The notes under the pieces are model-generated. The model was not told the DNA's origin, did not search any database, and saw only the letters and a program-made list of their open reading frames with translations. 64,000 bases of DNA, from contig CAWGBA010000002.1 of assembly GCA_963820735.1 (NCBI GenBank), positions 283,646 to 347,645 on the forward strand, in the 5' to 3' direction. Origin of the DNA: an uncultured Chloroflexia bacterium. GTDB lineage: Bacteria > Chloroflexota > Limnocylindria > Limnocylindrales > CSP1-4. The first letter of the stretch is position 1. The number at the start of each line of letters is the position of its first letter. Both the position numbers and the translations under genes were made by a program. Positions 48,711 through 58,588 of this stretch are shown piece by piece.

Positions 48711-48736
48711 AAGAGCCCCGGCGAACTGCCGGGGCT
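48711..48736. terminator. Perfect 10-bp stem / 5-nt loop hairpin GAGCCCCGGC-GAACT-GCCGGGGCTC, about 100 nt downstream of the zinc-ribbon gene
   Basis: Inverted repeat read directly. It lies between the zinc-ribbon gene and the glucokinase 5' region. Confidence 0.45.
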
Positions 48737-48833
48737 CTGATCGTTCTGGCTGTTGTGCTGGGCTTCGGCGCGTCCGTCGCCCTCCCGGTCGCGTCGACCG
48801 GTCAGCCTCGGTGCGATCCAGGGGGTAGGCCGA

Positions 48834-48974
48834 TCAGCCGCCGATCCGGAAGACGCTGTTGCCGCAGATCGGGCAGGTGCCCTTGATCGCCGGCTTGCCG
48901 TTCTTCATCGTGATGTGCTGCGGGTCCTTGATCTCGACCTTTTGCTTGTCCCGGACGCAGTACGCCTGAGCCAC
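48834..48974 (-). CDS. Small (46 aa) zinc-ribbon protein VAQAYCVRDKQKVEIKDPQHITMKNGKPAIKGTCPICGNSVFRIGG (DUF5679-like)
   Basis: GTG start with RBS GGGAAGGAGGCATCA. Cys pairs C6 and CPxCG. The six-frame track shows it only as the C-terminus of a longer spurious ORF. Confidence 0.6.
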   Translation of the reverse strand: MAQAYCVRDKQKVEIKDPQHITMKNGKPAIKGTCPICGNSVFRIGG

Positions 48975-49060
48975 TGATGCCTCCTTCCCGCGAGCCCGGA
49001 ATTGCCCGGACTCGTCCTCTCGAGCGGCGGCCGGACGTCTGCCGTCGCCGCGTGCTTCCC

Positions 49061-49931
49061 CTAGGGTGCCATTCCTGATGACCACAGGGAGGGCCGCCAG
49101 TGCACGGCCCCCGAGCTGCGGACCTGCTGGTCCATTGCCGCGAGGATGGTAAGCGCCTCGAGGCCAACCTTGATGCACGCTTGCTCGGCGGCCGTTTTCT
49201 GCTCGCCCTGCACGAATGCGCCGGTCGTGCGCTGAGCGTAGGCGGCGCAGACCACGCCGGCTCGGCAGCCGGCCAAGCCGGCCAGGACGAGGAGTGCCGA
49301 GGCCTCCATCTCGAAGTTGACGACGCCTTGTGCGGCCATGTCCTCCGCGAGGTTGGGGTACCGGATCGGGAGGTGTGGGATCGGCCGGCCCTGCGCCCCG
49401 TAGAAGCCGGGTGCCGTCGCCGTGATCCCAAGGTGCGCTGTCGTGCCTGTTCGATCGGCTGCCTCGAGGAGCGCTGCGACGGCCTCGTAGCTGGCCACCG
49501 CCGGGTACCCGTCGTGCACGAAGTAGGAGGTCGTCGACTCGAGGCGCACGGCGCCGGTCGAGATCACGAGGTCACCGAGGCCGATGTCCGGGCGAAGCGC
49601 GCCGCATGAGCCGATGCGGATGAACGTCGGCCGCTGAGTCAGCGCCAGGATCTCGGCGACGACGATCTCCACGTTGTCCGTGCCGATGCCGGTCGAGACG
49701 ACGGAGACGCGCAGGCCTCTGTACGTGCCGGTGACCGAGCGAAACTCGCGGTGCTGGCGCTCGAGCTCGATCGAGTCGAGGAGCGGTGCGATCTTCGCGA
49801 CGCGGTCCGGGTCGCCCGGGCAGGAGGATGTAGTCGGCCAGTTCGCCTGGCCCGAGGTCGATGTGGTACTGCCGATCGGTGTCCGGGACGGCGACGCGGG
49901 GGTCCGCGATCGGCAAGGCGGTGCTCCTCAT
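49061..49931 (-). pseudogene. PNP/UDP-family nucleoside phosphorylase (DeoD/Udp-like), frameshifted
   Basis: N-terminus QYHIDLGPGELADYILLPG. Body VVSTGIGTDNVEIVVAEILAL, GSCGAL, FEMEASAL. Spread over ORFs 49572..50273 and 49061..49672. Confidence 0.65.
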
Positions 49932-49993
49932 TTCCGGCGACTCCGCGATGCCACGGAGCGTCGCCGAACGATACGAGCGTGCGCGAGCGAGCG

Positions 49994-52900
49994 TCAAGCA
50001 CGCCGCCGCCTCCACGACCGATAGCCCAGGATGCCGAATCCCACGGCGGCCGCAATGGCGCCAACGAGTGCGACGAGAGCGAGCAACGCGATCGCCGAAG
50101 GGCCACCGCCGTCCGCCGGGCCTGGTTGGAGGTTCGCCGACGGCGACGGCGGTGCTTCGGTCGGGTCTGCCGCGATGAGCGCCGCGCCTGCGCTGAGCCG
50201 CGGTCCACGGACGACATCCTGCGGAGCCACGACGACGAGCTCGAGATCCCCGACATCGCGCTGCGAGTCCCAACCGGCCACGTTGACAATCTCGTCCGGA
50301 ACCAGCCGGAGCGGGTCGAGCGATCCTGGCATGAGCATCCGCACACTGACCTCTCCGGTCGCGTCGACAAGCGAGAAGCCGTTGGAGTCGGGCGACTCCA
50401 CGCGGCCGGCCAGGCGGACACGCGACCCGACCAACGCCGGCAACCCGTCGACCGTGGTATCGACCGCCTCGGCAATCGAGCCGGCGCCGAGCGGAGCCCC
50501 AGAAACGCGTCCTGGGTCGTTCGATCCAGGCGCCGGATCACCGCTGCCGCCGAGCCACGGTGCATCCGAGGGGTCGCCGTCCCAGGGCGAAGGCGTGTCG
50601 TCCGACGGATCGGCCGGGTCCCGGCCGTCGCCTGGCGAGCTTGACGGCCTTGGTTCAGCTCCCAGCTGGATGTCCGCGGCCGATCGGGGTGCGATCGCGA
50701 AGCGCTGATCCGACGCGGTTGGGTAGGCGCGCTTGACGATGCCCGTGACCGTCGCGCTGCGGCCCTCGACAAGCGCGGTCGACGGAATACCGCTGGCCGC
50801 GAGCCCAGCGATTGGCAACGACCCACCGGCGCCGAGGCTGGCCTCCGCGCGCCACGTGTCTCCGCTCTTGGAGACGTTCTCGATCCGCACGGTCACCCGC
50901 ACGAGCCGCCACTCGTCCGAAGCGTCCGGGGCACGTCGTAGCACTGTCGGCGCAGCGGCACCACCGCGCTTGCGCTCGGGTGAATCGTCCGCTGCCAGCT
51001 GGGGCGCGCCGTAGTAGGTGCCGACCTCACCCGTGACGTCGATCCGGGAGCCAACGCCTGGCGCGGTCACGTCCTCGGGGAGACGCAGCAGGATCGCGGC
51101 GCCGTGCGATTCGATCGTGACGCGCCGAGCGTCGGCGTCGAGAAACCCTGCGCGGGAGGTGACGGTTCCCTGGACGCGCACCGTTTCGCCGGCCCGACGG
51201 AGCGCCTCAGCGATCGAGACAAGAGGCGCTCGGGACGGCCCTGGCGTACCCGTCGGTTTGGGTGACGGGGTGGCGGTGGCTCGGGGCGTGGTGGTCGCTC
51301 GGGGCGTGCTCGTGGGGCGCGCCGTGACTGTCGGACGGGGTGTCGGTGAGTCATGCGGCGTGCGGCTCGCGCCTGGGGTGGCGGTCGGTTCTGTCGTAGC
51401 GGTTGGCGCCGGCGAAACCAGCGTGACGTCCTCGGCGCCGCGCGGCCACAACCGGTATCCATCGTCGAGGCCCTTTGCCGACTCGCGCTGTCCGACGATG
51501 CCGAGTGCCGCATACGCGGCGCCCACATCGAAATCGTCACGACTTGCTGCCAGCGCGGCGTGGAAGAACACCCGGACGTCGCCGGTCGTGGTGGCGAGTG
51601 TCAATGCCAGCGAGCCGCTCGACGAGGGATCCATGCGCTCGAGCGTCCCCGTGACCGTCGCGAGCATGCCCTCGGCCGATTCGTCGAGGGTCGCCGCGGT
51701 GAGCTCCAATGGCGTGGGATCGAGTGCGACTCCCGTGACCGCGACGTCAGCCGCCGATTGGGGGCGAACCTCCAGGTTCGCGTATGGGGCGGCCAGCACC
51801 CCGGTCACGCGCACGACCGAACCGCGAGCGATGGCGTCGGTTGCGACGTCCGACGGCAGCGAGACGCAGATGCCTCCGGTTGCGTCCTGGATCGCGATCA
51901 CCGACGCGCCGAGGATGCGGCCCGCCTCGACGGTCACCGTGCCGGAGACGGTCACCGATGCGCCGATCGATCGTGTCCGAGCGTCCGAGATCGAGATCGG
52001 TGCGGCGGTCGGCGTGGGGCTGGGCGTCGGTGACGGCGATGGAGTCGCCGAAGCCGTCGGGGCAGGCGTCGGCGTCGGGGTTGGGGTGGGGGTTGGCGTT
52101 GGGTCGGGGTTGGGATTGGGGTCGGGGTCGGGGCTGTGGGCTTCGACGTCGGACTGACGGTCGCGGTCGGCGTGACGGTCGCGGTCGGCGTTTGGCGTTG
52201 GAGCGATCGCAGTCGCGGTCGGAGCTGCAGTCGAGGTTGGCGTTGGAGTAGCAGCGCCGGTCGGGCTCGCGAGTGGCCGTCGGCGTCGGAGGGACGATTG
52301 GCGACACCGTTGGTGCCGGCGTTGATGACGGGGTGGAGGTGGGGACGGCCGTCTGACTTGGCATGACGGTTGGGGCGTCACTCGACGTCGCGGTTGGGGC
52401 TGAGGTCGGCGTTGGCGCCGCCGTCGACGGTTGGCGCCGGGCTCGGCGTGATGGTCGGCGTCGCGGTCGCGTCCGGAGCCGGGACCGCAGGAGCGGACAA
52501 CGACTCGGCGATCGGCAGATCGTTGACCCACCAGTCCGACGCGTTGTCGTTCGTGTCGCGACCGTTTCCCGCGGCGCCTCCTGGCAGCCGCTCGATCGAC
52601 TGGCCCGACGGTGGTGCCGGGGCCGCCGCGCTCTCGGCAAATGCGTTGGCGGCGGTTCCCCAGCTGATCGAGTCGATCACGCCACCATTGATCACCCGCA
52701 GAGCGACCGAACCACCCGCGCTCGCGACGCCCCCGCTGTACGTGTCATCCGCGAGCGATGCGAAGACGCCCGCGCTGTTGGCGATCAGCCGATGGCGGTG
52801 CGACGGGATCGTCCCGCTGGACCAGGAGACCTTGCGCGTGATGCTCGACCCGGATGCGGTCACATAGACCAGCTCGAGTCCACCCAGGTCGACGGGCAGC

Positions 52901-53112
52901 GGTCCGGCGTCATAGAGCTCGACGTACTCGTCGTTCGCGCTTGCGCCGCCGGTCACGACTTCCGAAACCAACAGATCCGAGCTGGGCGGCCATTCGGTCG
53001 CGGCGCGGGCTACCGGTGTGCCGCCGCCAGTCAGCAGTCCGGCCACGGAAAGAACCAGGAGCGCGGCGGCGAGCGCGGGGAGATGGCGCGAGGTCGACCC
53101 GCCTGGAGACAT
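49994..53112 (-). pseudogene. Surface protein of about 1,040 aa: signal peptide, Lamin Tail Domain, Pro/Thr-rich linkers, 4 OB-fold (YhcR/ExeM-type) domains and a C-terminal TM anchor. No nuclease domain. Frameshifted in the linker.
   Basis: LTD: LLVSEVVTGGASANDEYVELYDAG..VDLGGLEL (52378..53112). The OB-fold modules repeat the pattern RV.V.G.VT...G..GA.I.DATGGI.V (49994..52531). C-terminal [33 protein letters not shown]. Confidence 0.6.
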
Positions 53113-53377
53113 GGAACCTCCGAGAACGGCGGGTTCCGGGCGGGCCGCAACGACCCGCGCAGGCGAGTCACCAGCGATGCCAGTGTGCCGGAGAGCACTT
53201 CACGCGCCCTTACGCGCGACTTACCGGCAGCTTGGAAGGCCTGTCGCGAGCGCGCCTGCGATAATTCGCGCTCCGCGTGGGAAATCGGCCCGTCGAGCGG
53301 GACCGATCCGGACCCAAATCACCCGTACGCGTTCGACCAGCGAGCGGTCCCGCACGCTCATCACACAGGAGGCCACG

Positions 53378-54136
53378 TTGGCCCGCGCCAAGAACACGCA
53401 GCGCGCCGAGGCGCGCCGCCGCCATCGCGACACCGTCCGGACGACGGCCGCAGAGCAGGATGCAGAGGACGCTGCAGCCACATCCACCGCGGTCGCGGGG
53501 CCCGTGCCCACTCAACGGTCGGGCCGCTTTGGCGGACTCTTCACACCGCCGAACCCGCGGAAGGACATCCAGGCACTTCCGGACGTCTTCGCCAAGAAGC
53601 GCAACTGGGCGTCGTTCGCGATTCTCCTCGTCGGGTTCGTGATCGGCGCTGGGTATTTCTGGGGTTACCTGCCCGCCGACGCCGAGTCGATTGCAGTGCT
53701 CGCGTTCACCTTGATCTTGAGCCCGCAGGCGCTGTTCGTGCCCTTCATCGCCGGCTTCCTCGCCGAGCAGAGCGCATACCTGGTTGGTGCGCTTGTCGGT
53801 CTCTTTGACGCCGTTCTCGTGGCGGTGCTCTTCAACGGTCCGATCGCGGTGGACCGCAACGGCGGCAGCGTCGCCACGCCGGGCCTCGACAGCGTCGCCG
53901 CCATCGTCGTGGTGTCGGTCGTCTTCTCGACGCTGGCCGCAGCCTTCGCCTCCTGGTATCGGCGCTTCCTGCGCCAGAGCCAGGAGCGTGCCCGCGTCAA
54001 CCGGATGCAGCGCGACGCCCTCCAGGCAGCCAAGCGCAAAGAGGACGAGAAGAAAGCCCGCACTGCGGAGCGCGATGCCAAGCGATCCGCTTCGTCGACG
54101 TCAAGCTCGGGTCCGGCGAAGAAGACGACGCCCTAA
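53378..54136 (+). CDS. Hypothetical 4-TM membrane protein with a C-terminal Lys/Arg/Glu-rich tail
   Basis: TTG start with RBS CAGGAGG. TM helices (FAILLVGFVIGAGYFWGYL..). Tail RMQRDALQAAKRKEDEKKARTAERDAKR. Convergent with dnaE2. Confidence 0.45.
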   Translation: MARAKNTQRAEARRRHRDTVRTTAAEQDAEDAAATSTAVAGPVPTQRSGRFGGLFTPPNPRKDIQALPDVFAKKRNWASFAILLVGFVIGAGYFWGYLPADAESIAVLAFTLILSPQALFVPFIAGFLAEQSAYLVGALVGLFDAVLVAVLFNGPIAVDRNGGSVATPGLDSVAAIVVVSVVFSTLAAAFASWYRRFLRQSQERARVNRMQRDALQAAKRKEDEKKARTAERDAKRSASSTSSSGPAKKTTP

Positions 54137-57100
54137 CCAACGCGCCGCATCCCGGCGTGTCCCATATGCCGTACGCCCGGCGCCGTGCCGGGACCACCGG
54201 CTGAGCGTGCGACGTCGGTCAGCGGCCGGATTCGCCTGGCGATCAGGTTCGTGACGCCGTACTCGCTCTGGAGATCGCCCTCCACGTAGAGCAGCGCGTG
54301 GCGACGGACAACGCCGCGCAGCTCTGCCCATACATTGGGCCACAACGTGACGTTCACCATGCCGGTCTCGTCCTCGAGGGCCAGAAAGACCGTCCCGCGC
54401 GCGGTCATGGGGTGCTGCCGCGTCACCACCAGCCCGCCGATCTTCACCGGTCCCGGTCGCCGATCTGCCAAAGCCGCGTTGGTGACGGCGCCAAGCCTGT
54501 CCAGCGCGGGCCGGAACATCTCGACCACCTGCCGGCGTGCGTCGAGCGAGAGGATCGCGTAGCTGTCGCCAAGGCGTTCGAGGTCGGTCGGCGGTGCAAG
54601 ATCTGGCGCATCGGTGGGTGGAAGCCGCAGGTCCAGCGAGCGGCCCCGCGCCTTCGAGACACGCCCGTCCGAGCCACGCGCCGCTGCCGCAACCTCGCGC
54701 AGCTGCCACAACAGCTCGCGCCGTGGCCGTTCCAGCGAATCGAGTGCACCCGAGCGGATCAGGCGTCCGATGACCTCCTCGGAAAGGTCGGTTCGCGCGA
54801 CCAGGTCGGCCAGCCCGCGAAACGGTCCATGTCGCTCGACTTCCGCGTCGATCTGCTCGCCCTCGGCCTCGCCGATGCCCTTGACCAGGTGCAGCCCGAG
54901 CCGGATCCCGTATCCAAGTGCCGACCTGGCGGCCCAGCGTTCATGCGTCTCGCGATCCGGCACGACACAGGCGCTGGAGCGCACCGGCTCCGGTCTCCGG
55001 TCGATGCCACAGCCTTCGGGGAGTGGCTCGTCCGGCATGCCGGCCCATTCTGTCCGAGTCCGAAACCGCGATCGGTTGATGTCCACCGGCAGCACCGGCA
55101 CGCCGTGGCGCTTCGCGTCGTTGATGAGCACCTCGACCGGGTAGAAGCCCATGGGCTGTGCGTTGATCAGGCCGGTCACGAACTGCGCCGGGTAGAACAG
55201 CTTCAGGAAGGCCGACTCGTAGGCCGTCCGCGCGAAGGCCGCCGCGTGGCTCTTGTTGAAGCCGAAGCTGGCGAACCCGGCGACCTTCTCGAACAGCTCC
55301 TCGGCCTGCTCTCGGGTGAGACCGCTGACCTCCACGCAGCCGCCCACGAATCGGGCGTGAAGCTTCTCCATCTCGCGTCGCGACCGCCACGTCCCCATCG
55401 CGCGGCGAAAGCCATCCGACTCGGCGGCACTGAAGCCGGCCACGTCGATGGCCACCTTCATGACCTGCTCCTGGTAGAGGATCACGCCCAGCGTCTCCTT
55501 GAGCGCGGGCTCGAGGCTGGGATGCAGATAGGTGACCGGCTCGAGGCCTTGCTTGCGTCGCAGATAGGGATGAACGGCATTGCCCTGGATGGGGCCCGGC
55601 CGGATGATCGCGACCTCCACGACCAGATCGTCCAGCGTGGTCGGACGCGACCGCGGGAGCGTCTGCATCTGGGCCCGCGACTCGATCTGGAAGACACCCA
55701 CGGTGTCGGCCGCCTGGATCATGCGGAAGACCTCGGGGATGTCCTCGGGCAGATGATCGAGGTCCACGCAGGTGGCGCAGTCGACCGTGATGTCGCGCAG
55801 CGCATCGTCGATCGAGCTGAGCATGCGCAGCCCGAGCAGGTCCAGCTTGATGAGCTTGATCGTCTCGACATCGCGCTTGTCGTACTGGACCACGACGCGG
55901 CCGGGCATGCTGGCGCGCTCCAGCGGCGCGATGTCCACCAATGGCGCCGCGGTGATGAGCATCCCGCCGACATGGATGGAGAGGTGGCGCGGCAGCCCGT
56001 CGATGCGGGCGCACAGCTCGAGCCAGCGCTCCCACGGCGAGAGGCCCGTGGTCGAGCCGCGTCCCTTTGGCGGAATCGGGTCGAGCTCGACGCCGCCCAT
56101 GCTCGAGGCGACGATCCGGCGCTCGGGCTCCGGGCCGGCGTGGGCAGCGGCGTTGGCAGAAGGCCCGCGGTCCGAGCCCCTGCCGAGACGCTTGGTGGCG
56201 GGTCCCGCGAACATGCCCGACTCGGGGTCGATCAGCTGGCCGCCCACGGTCAGCGGCGGCAGGAGCTCGTCGGCGGCATGTGATGGGGCGGTGCCGGCAT
56301 CGGAGAGCGCTGCCAGTTCGGTGCGGCGCTGGGCCTCGGCGTGGAGCCAGCGGATGCTGACTGCCGAATCACCCGGTCCGCCCTCGTCGTCCGACGGTCC
56401 GTGCCGGAGTGTCGTCCAGGGCGCCAAGCGCTCGGCATCGCCCTCTTCACCGGCGCGCTCCCTGAGCCGCGGCAGCAGCTCCACGATGCGTGCCGGGGCA
56501 TCAGGTGGGGCGCCGCTGCGCGTCGTTGTCGGCCTGCCGCCCTCCTTGATCCGGAGGTCCTCGCGGCGCACCAGCCGTCCATCGCCATTGTTCCCGGCGT
56601 CGATGGGGATCGTCAGGCGGCTGCCGCGTGGATGGTTGAGCTCGCCCATGGAACCCACGAAGCCATGCGCCGAGGCCTGCTCGGCGGCCACTTCCGCGGC
56701 TCGCGTGGCCACCGCCGCGGCAACGGCCTGCGGCAGGCTGCCTCCCGCGGCAGGCGAGGAACCCGGATCGCTGCTGCCTGCCGGTGGGAGCTGGAAGAAC
56801 TCGGCGAAACCCCCCTCGGCCTCCAGGTCGCGCCGCACCATCACCGAGTCGTAGGTCTCGAGTGCCTTGGCGACGCGATCGACCAGCGGTCTCGGGAAGC
56901 CGAGCGCGTAGCCCACCTCCCGCACAGCCGAGCGAGCGCGGTAGGTGACGACGTTGCAGACCATGCCGGTGTGCTCGGTGCCGTACTTCTCGTAGACGTA
57001 CTGGATCACCTCCTCCCGCCGGCTCGACGCGAAGTCGATGTCCACGTCCGGATAGCTGGTGCGACCCTCGTTGATGAAGCGCTCGAACAGCAGCTCGTGG

Positions 57101-58416
57101 CGGATCGGATCCACGCGCGTGATGCCGAGCACATAGGCGACGATCGAGTCGCCGGCACTGCCTCTCCCCTGCGCGGGGATGCCACGGTCCTTGCAGAACT
57201 TCATCAGGTCCCAGCAGATCAGGAAGAACTCCGCAAGGCCTGTTCGCTCGATGACATCCAGCTCGTGAGCCATCTGCTTCACGACCCGTGACGTGAGCGG
57301 GTGGTACCGCTGACGCGCGCCGTCATGGCACAGTCGCACCAGCTCGCTATACGGCGTCTCTCCTCTCGGCACTTCGAAACCGGGGAAGCGGTAGCGCTCG
57401 AACTCGAGCTCCACCCTGCAGCGCGCGGCCACTTCAGCGGCGTTGGCGATCCCCTCGTCCCAGGCTGTGTTCACAAGCGAGCCCGCGCCAGGCAGGGCCG
57501 GCGGAAGGGCACGCAACTCCGGTTCACCCTTGATGAAGTACTCCCCGTTGGGACGGCGGAGGTGCTGGCACGCGTCGAGCGGCAGGCCATGGCGGATCCC
57601 GACGAGCACGTCCTGGAGCTCGCGGCCTTCCGGCCAGGCGTAGTGCGCGTCGTTGGTGACCAGCGTTGGCAGGCCGAGTTCGGATGCCAAGCGCGCCAGC
57701 TCGGCGACAAGCCAATCGTCGTCCGGGAGAAGGTGGTGCTGGATCTCGACGTAGAGCTTTTCGCCGAACCGGTCACGAAGGCTCCGGGCGGCCTTCTCCG
57801 CTCCCTGCCGGTCGCCCGCGAGCAGCCGGCGTGACAGCTCTCCGTGGCGGCACCCCGTGAGCGCCACCAACCCATGCGTGTTCTGGGCGAGGAGTTGGTG
57901 CGTGAAGCGCGGCACCCCCTTGGTTCCACCGAGATGTGCCGCACTGGCGAGCCGGCAGAGGCTGCTGTAGCCGGCCGCGTCCTCTGCCAGCAGGACAAGG
58001 TGCGGGCCGAGCTCGCGTGCGCGGACACCGCGCAGATCCTCCTTCCGCGCATCCCGGTGGCCCGGTGGCCGCTTCCGTTCCGTGGCAGGCGTGGCCGGAA
58101 GTCCGTTCCCCGCGAGAACATGGGTGTCACTGCCGGCAGGAGCCGGCTTCTTCCGCCGTTTGCGTGGAACGACGACACCGAGGACGTCCGGCACCGCCGC
58201 ATCGAGCAGCTCGACTTCCATCCCGATGACCGGGTGCAGCCCCGCTTCGTGCGCCGCCGACGTGAAGCGGACCGCTCCGTAAAGACCCTGGTGGTCGGTC
58301 ACGGCCAGCGCCGCGAGCCCGCGTTCGAGCGCCCGTTCGATCAGGTCATCCGCGCTGGACGCGCCGTCCAGGAAGGAGAAGTCCGAGTGACAGTGGAGCT
58401 CCGCGAACGATCCCAT
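54133..58416 (-). CDS. dnaE2: Error-prone DNA polymerase DnaE2 (ImuC) with an unusual insertion of about 250 aa between the palm segments
   Basis: PHP N-terminus FAELHCHSDFSFLDGASSADDLIERALERGLAALAVTDHQGLYGAVRF, which is DnaE2-type. RHLSIHVGGMLI and the rest of the Pol III alpha core. 1427 aa against the usual ~1,050-1,100. SOS box 15 bp upstream. Confidence 0.85.
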   Translation of the reverse strand: MGSFAELHCHSDFSFLDGASSADDLIERALERGLAALAVTDHQGLYGAVRFTSAAHEAGLHPVIGMEVELLDAAVPDVLGVVVPRKRRKKPAPAGSDTHVLAGNGLPATPATERKRPPGHRDARKEDLRGVRARELGPHLVLLAEDAAGYSSLCRLASAAHLGGTKGVPRFTHQLLAQNTHGLVALTGCRHGELSRRLLAGDRQGAEKAARSLRDRFGEKLYVEIQHHLLPDDDWLVAELARLASELGLPTLVTNDAHYAWPEGRELQDVLVGIRHGLPLDACQHLRRPNGEYFIKGEPELRALPPALPGAGSLVNTAWDEGIANAAEVAARCRVELEFERYRFPGFEVPRGETPYSELVRLCHDGARQRYHPLTSRVVKQMAHELDVIERTGLAEFFLICWDLMKFCKDRGIPAQGRGSAGDSIVAYVLGITRVDPIRHELLFERFINEGRTSYPDVDIDFASSRREEVIQYVYEKYGTEHTGMVCNVVTYRARSAVREVGYALGFPRPLVDRVAKALETYDSVMVRRDLEAEGGFAEFFQLPPAGSSDPGSSPAAGGSLPQAVAAAVATRAAEVAAEQASAHGFVGSMGELNHPRGSRLTIPIDAGNNGDGRLVRREDLRIKEGGRPTTTRSGAPPDAPARIVELLPRLRERAGEEGDAERLAPWTTLRHGPSDDEGGPGDSAVSIRWLHAEAQRRTELAALSDAGTAPSHAADELLPPLTVGGQLIDPESGMFAGPATKRLGRGSDRGPSANAAAHAGPEPERRIVASSMGGVELDPIPPKGRGSTTGLSPWERWLELCARIDGLPRHLSIHVGGMLITAAPLVDIAPLERASMPGRVVVQYDKRDVETIKLIKLDLLGLRMLSSIDDALRDITVDCATCVDLDHLPEDIPEVFRMIQAADTVGVFQIESRAQMQTLPRSRPTTLDDLVVEVAIIRPGPIQGNAVHPYLRRKQGLEPVTYLHPSLEPALKETLGVILYQEQVMKVAIDVAGFSAAESDGFRRAMGTWRSRREMEKLHARFVGGCVEVSGLTREQAEELFEKVAGFASFGFNKSHAAAFARTAYESAFLKLFYPAQFVTGLINAQPMGFYPVEVLINDAKRHGVPVLPVDINRSRFRTRTEWAGMPDEPLPEGCGIDRRPEPVRSSACVVPDRETHERWAARSALGYGIRLGLHLVKGIGEAEGEQIDAEVERHGPFRGLADLVARTDLSEEVIGRLIRSGALDSLERPRRELLWQLREVAAAARGSDGRVSKARGRSLDLRLPPTDAPDLAPPTDLERLGDSYAILSLDARRQVVEMFRPALDRLGAVTNAALADRRPGPVKIGGLVVTRQHPMTARGTVFLALEDETGMVNVTLWPNVWAELRGVVRRHALLYVEGDLQSEYGVTNLIARRIRPLTDVARSAGGPGTAPGVRHMGHAGMRRVG

Positions 58417-58430
58417 CGGACCTCTGATAC

Positions 58431-58446
58431 TAGAACGGATGTTCTA
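58431..58446. promoter_or_regulatory. LexA (SOS) box TAGAACGGATGTTCTA, of the GAAC-N4-GTTC Gram-positive type, between divergent dnaE2 and M23 peptidase
   Basis: Palindromic. 18 of 20 positions are identical to the site upstream of imuA' (CTAGAACrgATGTTCTATTT). Confidence 0.6.
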
Positions 58447-58588
58447 TTTTTGGAACCCACTTATCCACAGACGTGGTCCTCGTCGCCCGAACGGTGCGCA
58501 CACGCACCGGCGTCTGTTTGAGGCTCGTCCGCCGTGGGGTGCCGCGCGGGCCCAACGCGAAGGCGCCATCCGTGGTTCCATATCGCAC

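Noticed and set aside
53113-53377. Possible actinobacterial SOS box (TCGAAC half-site at ~53323) upstream of the LTD gene
   Set aside because: Only one half-site is present, with no partner GTTCGA at N4 spacing.
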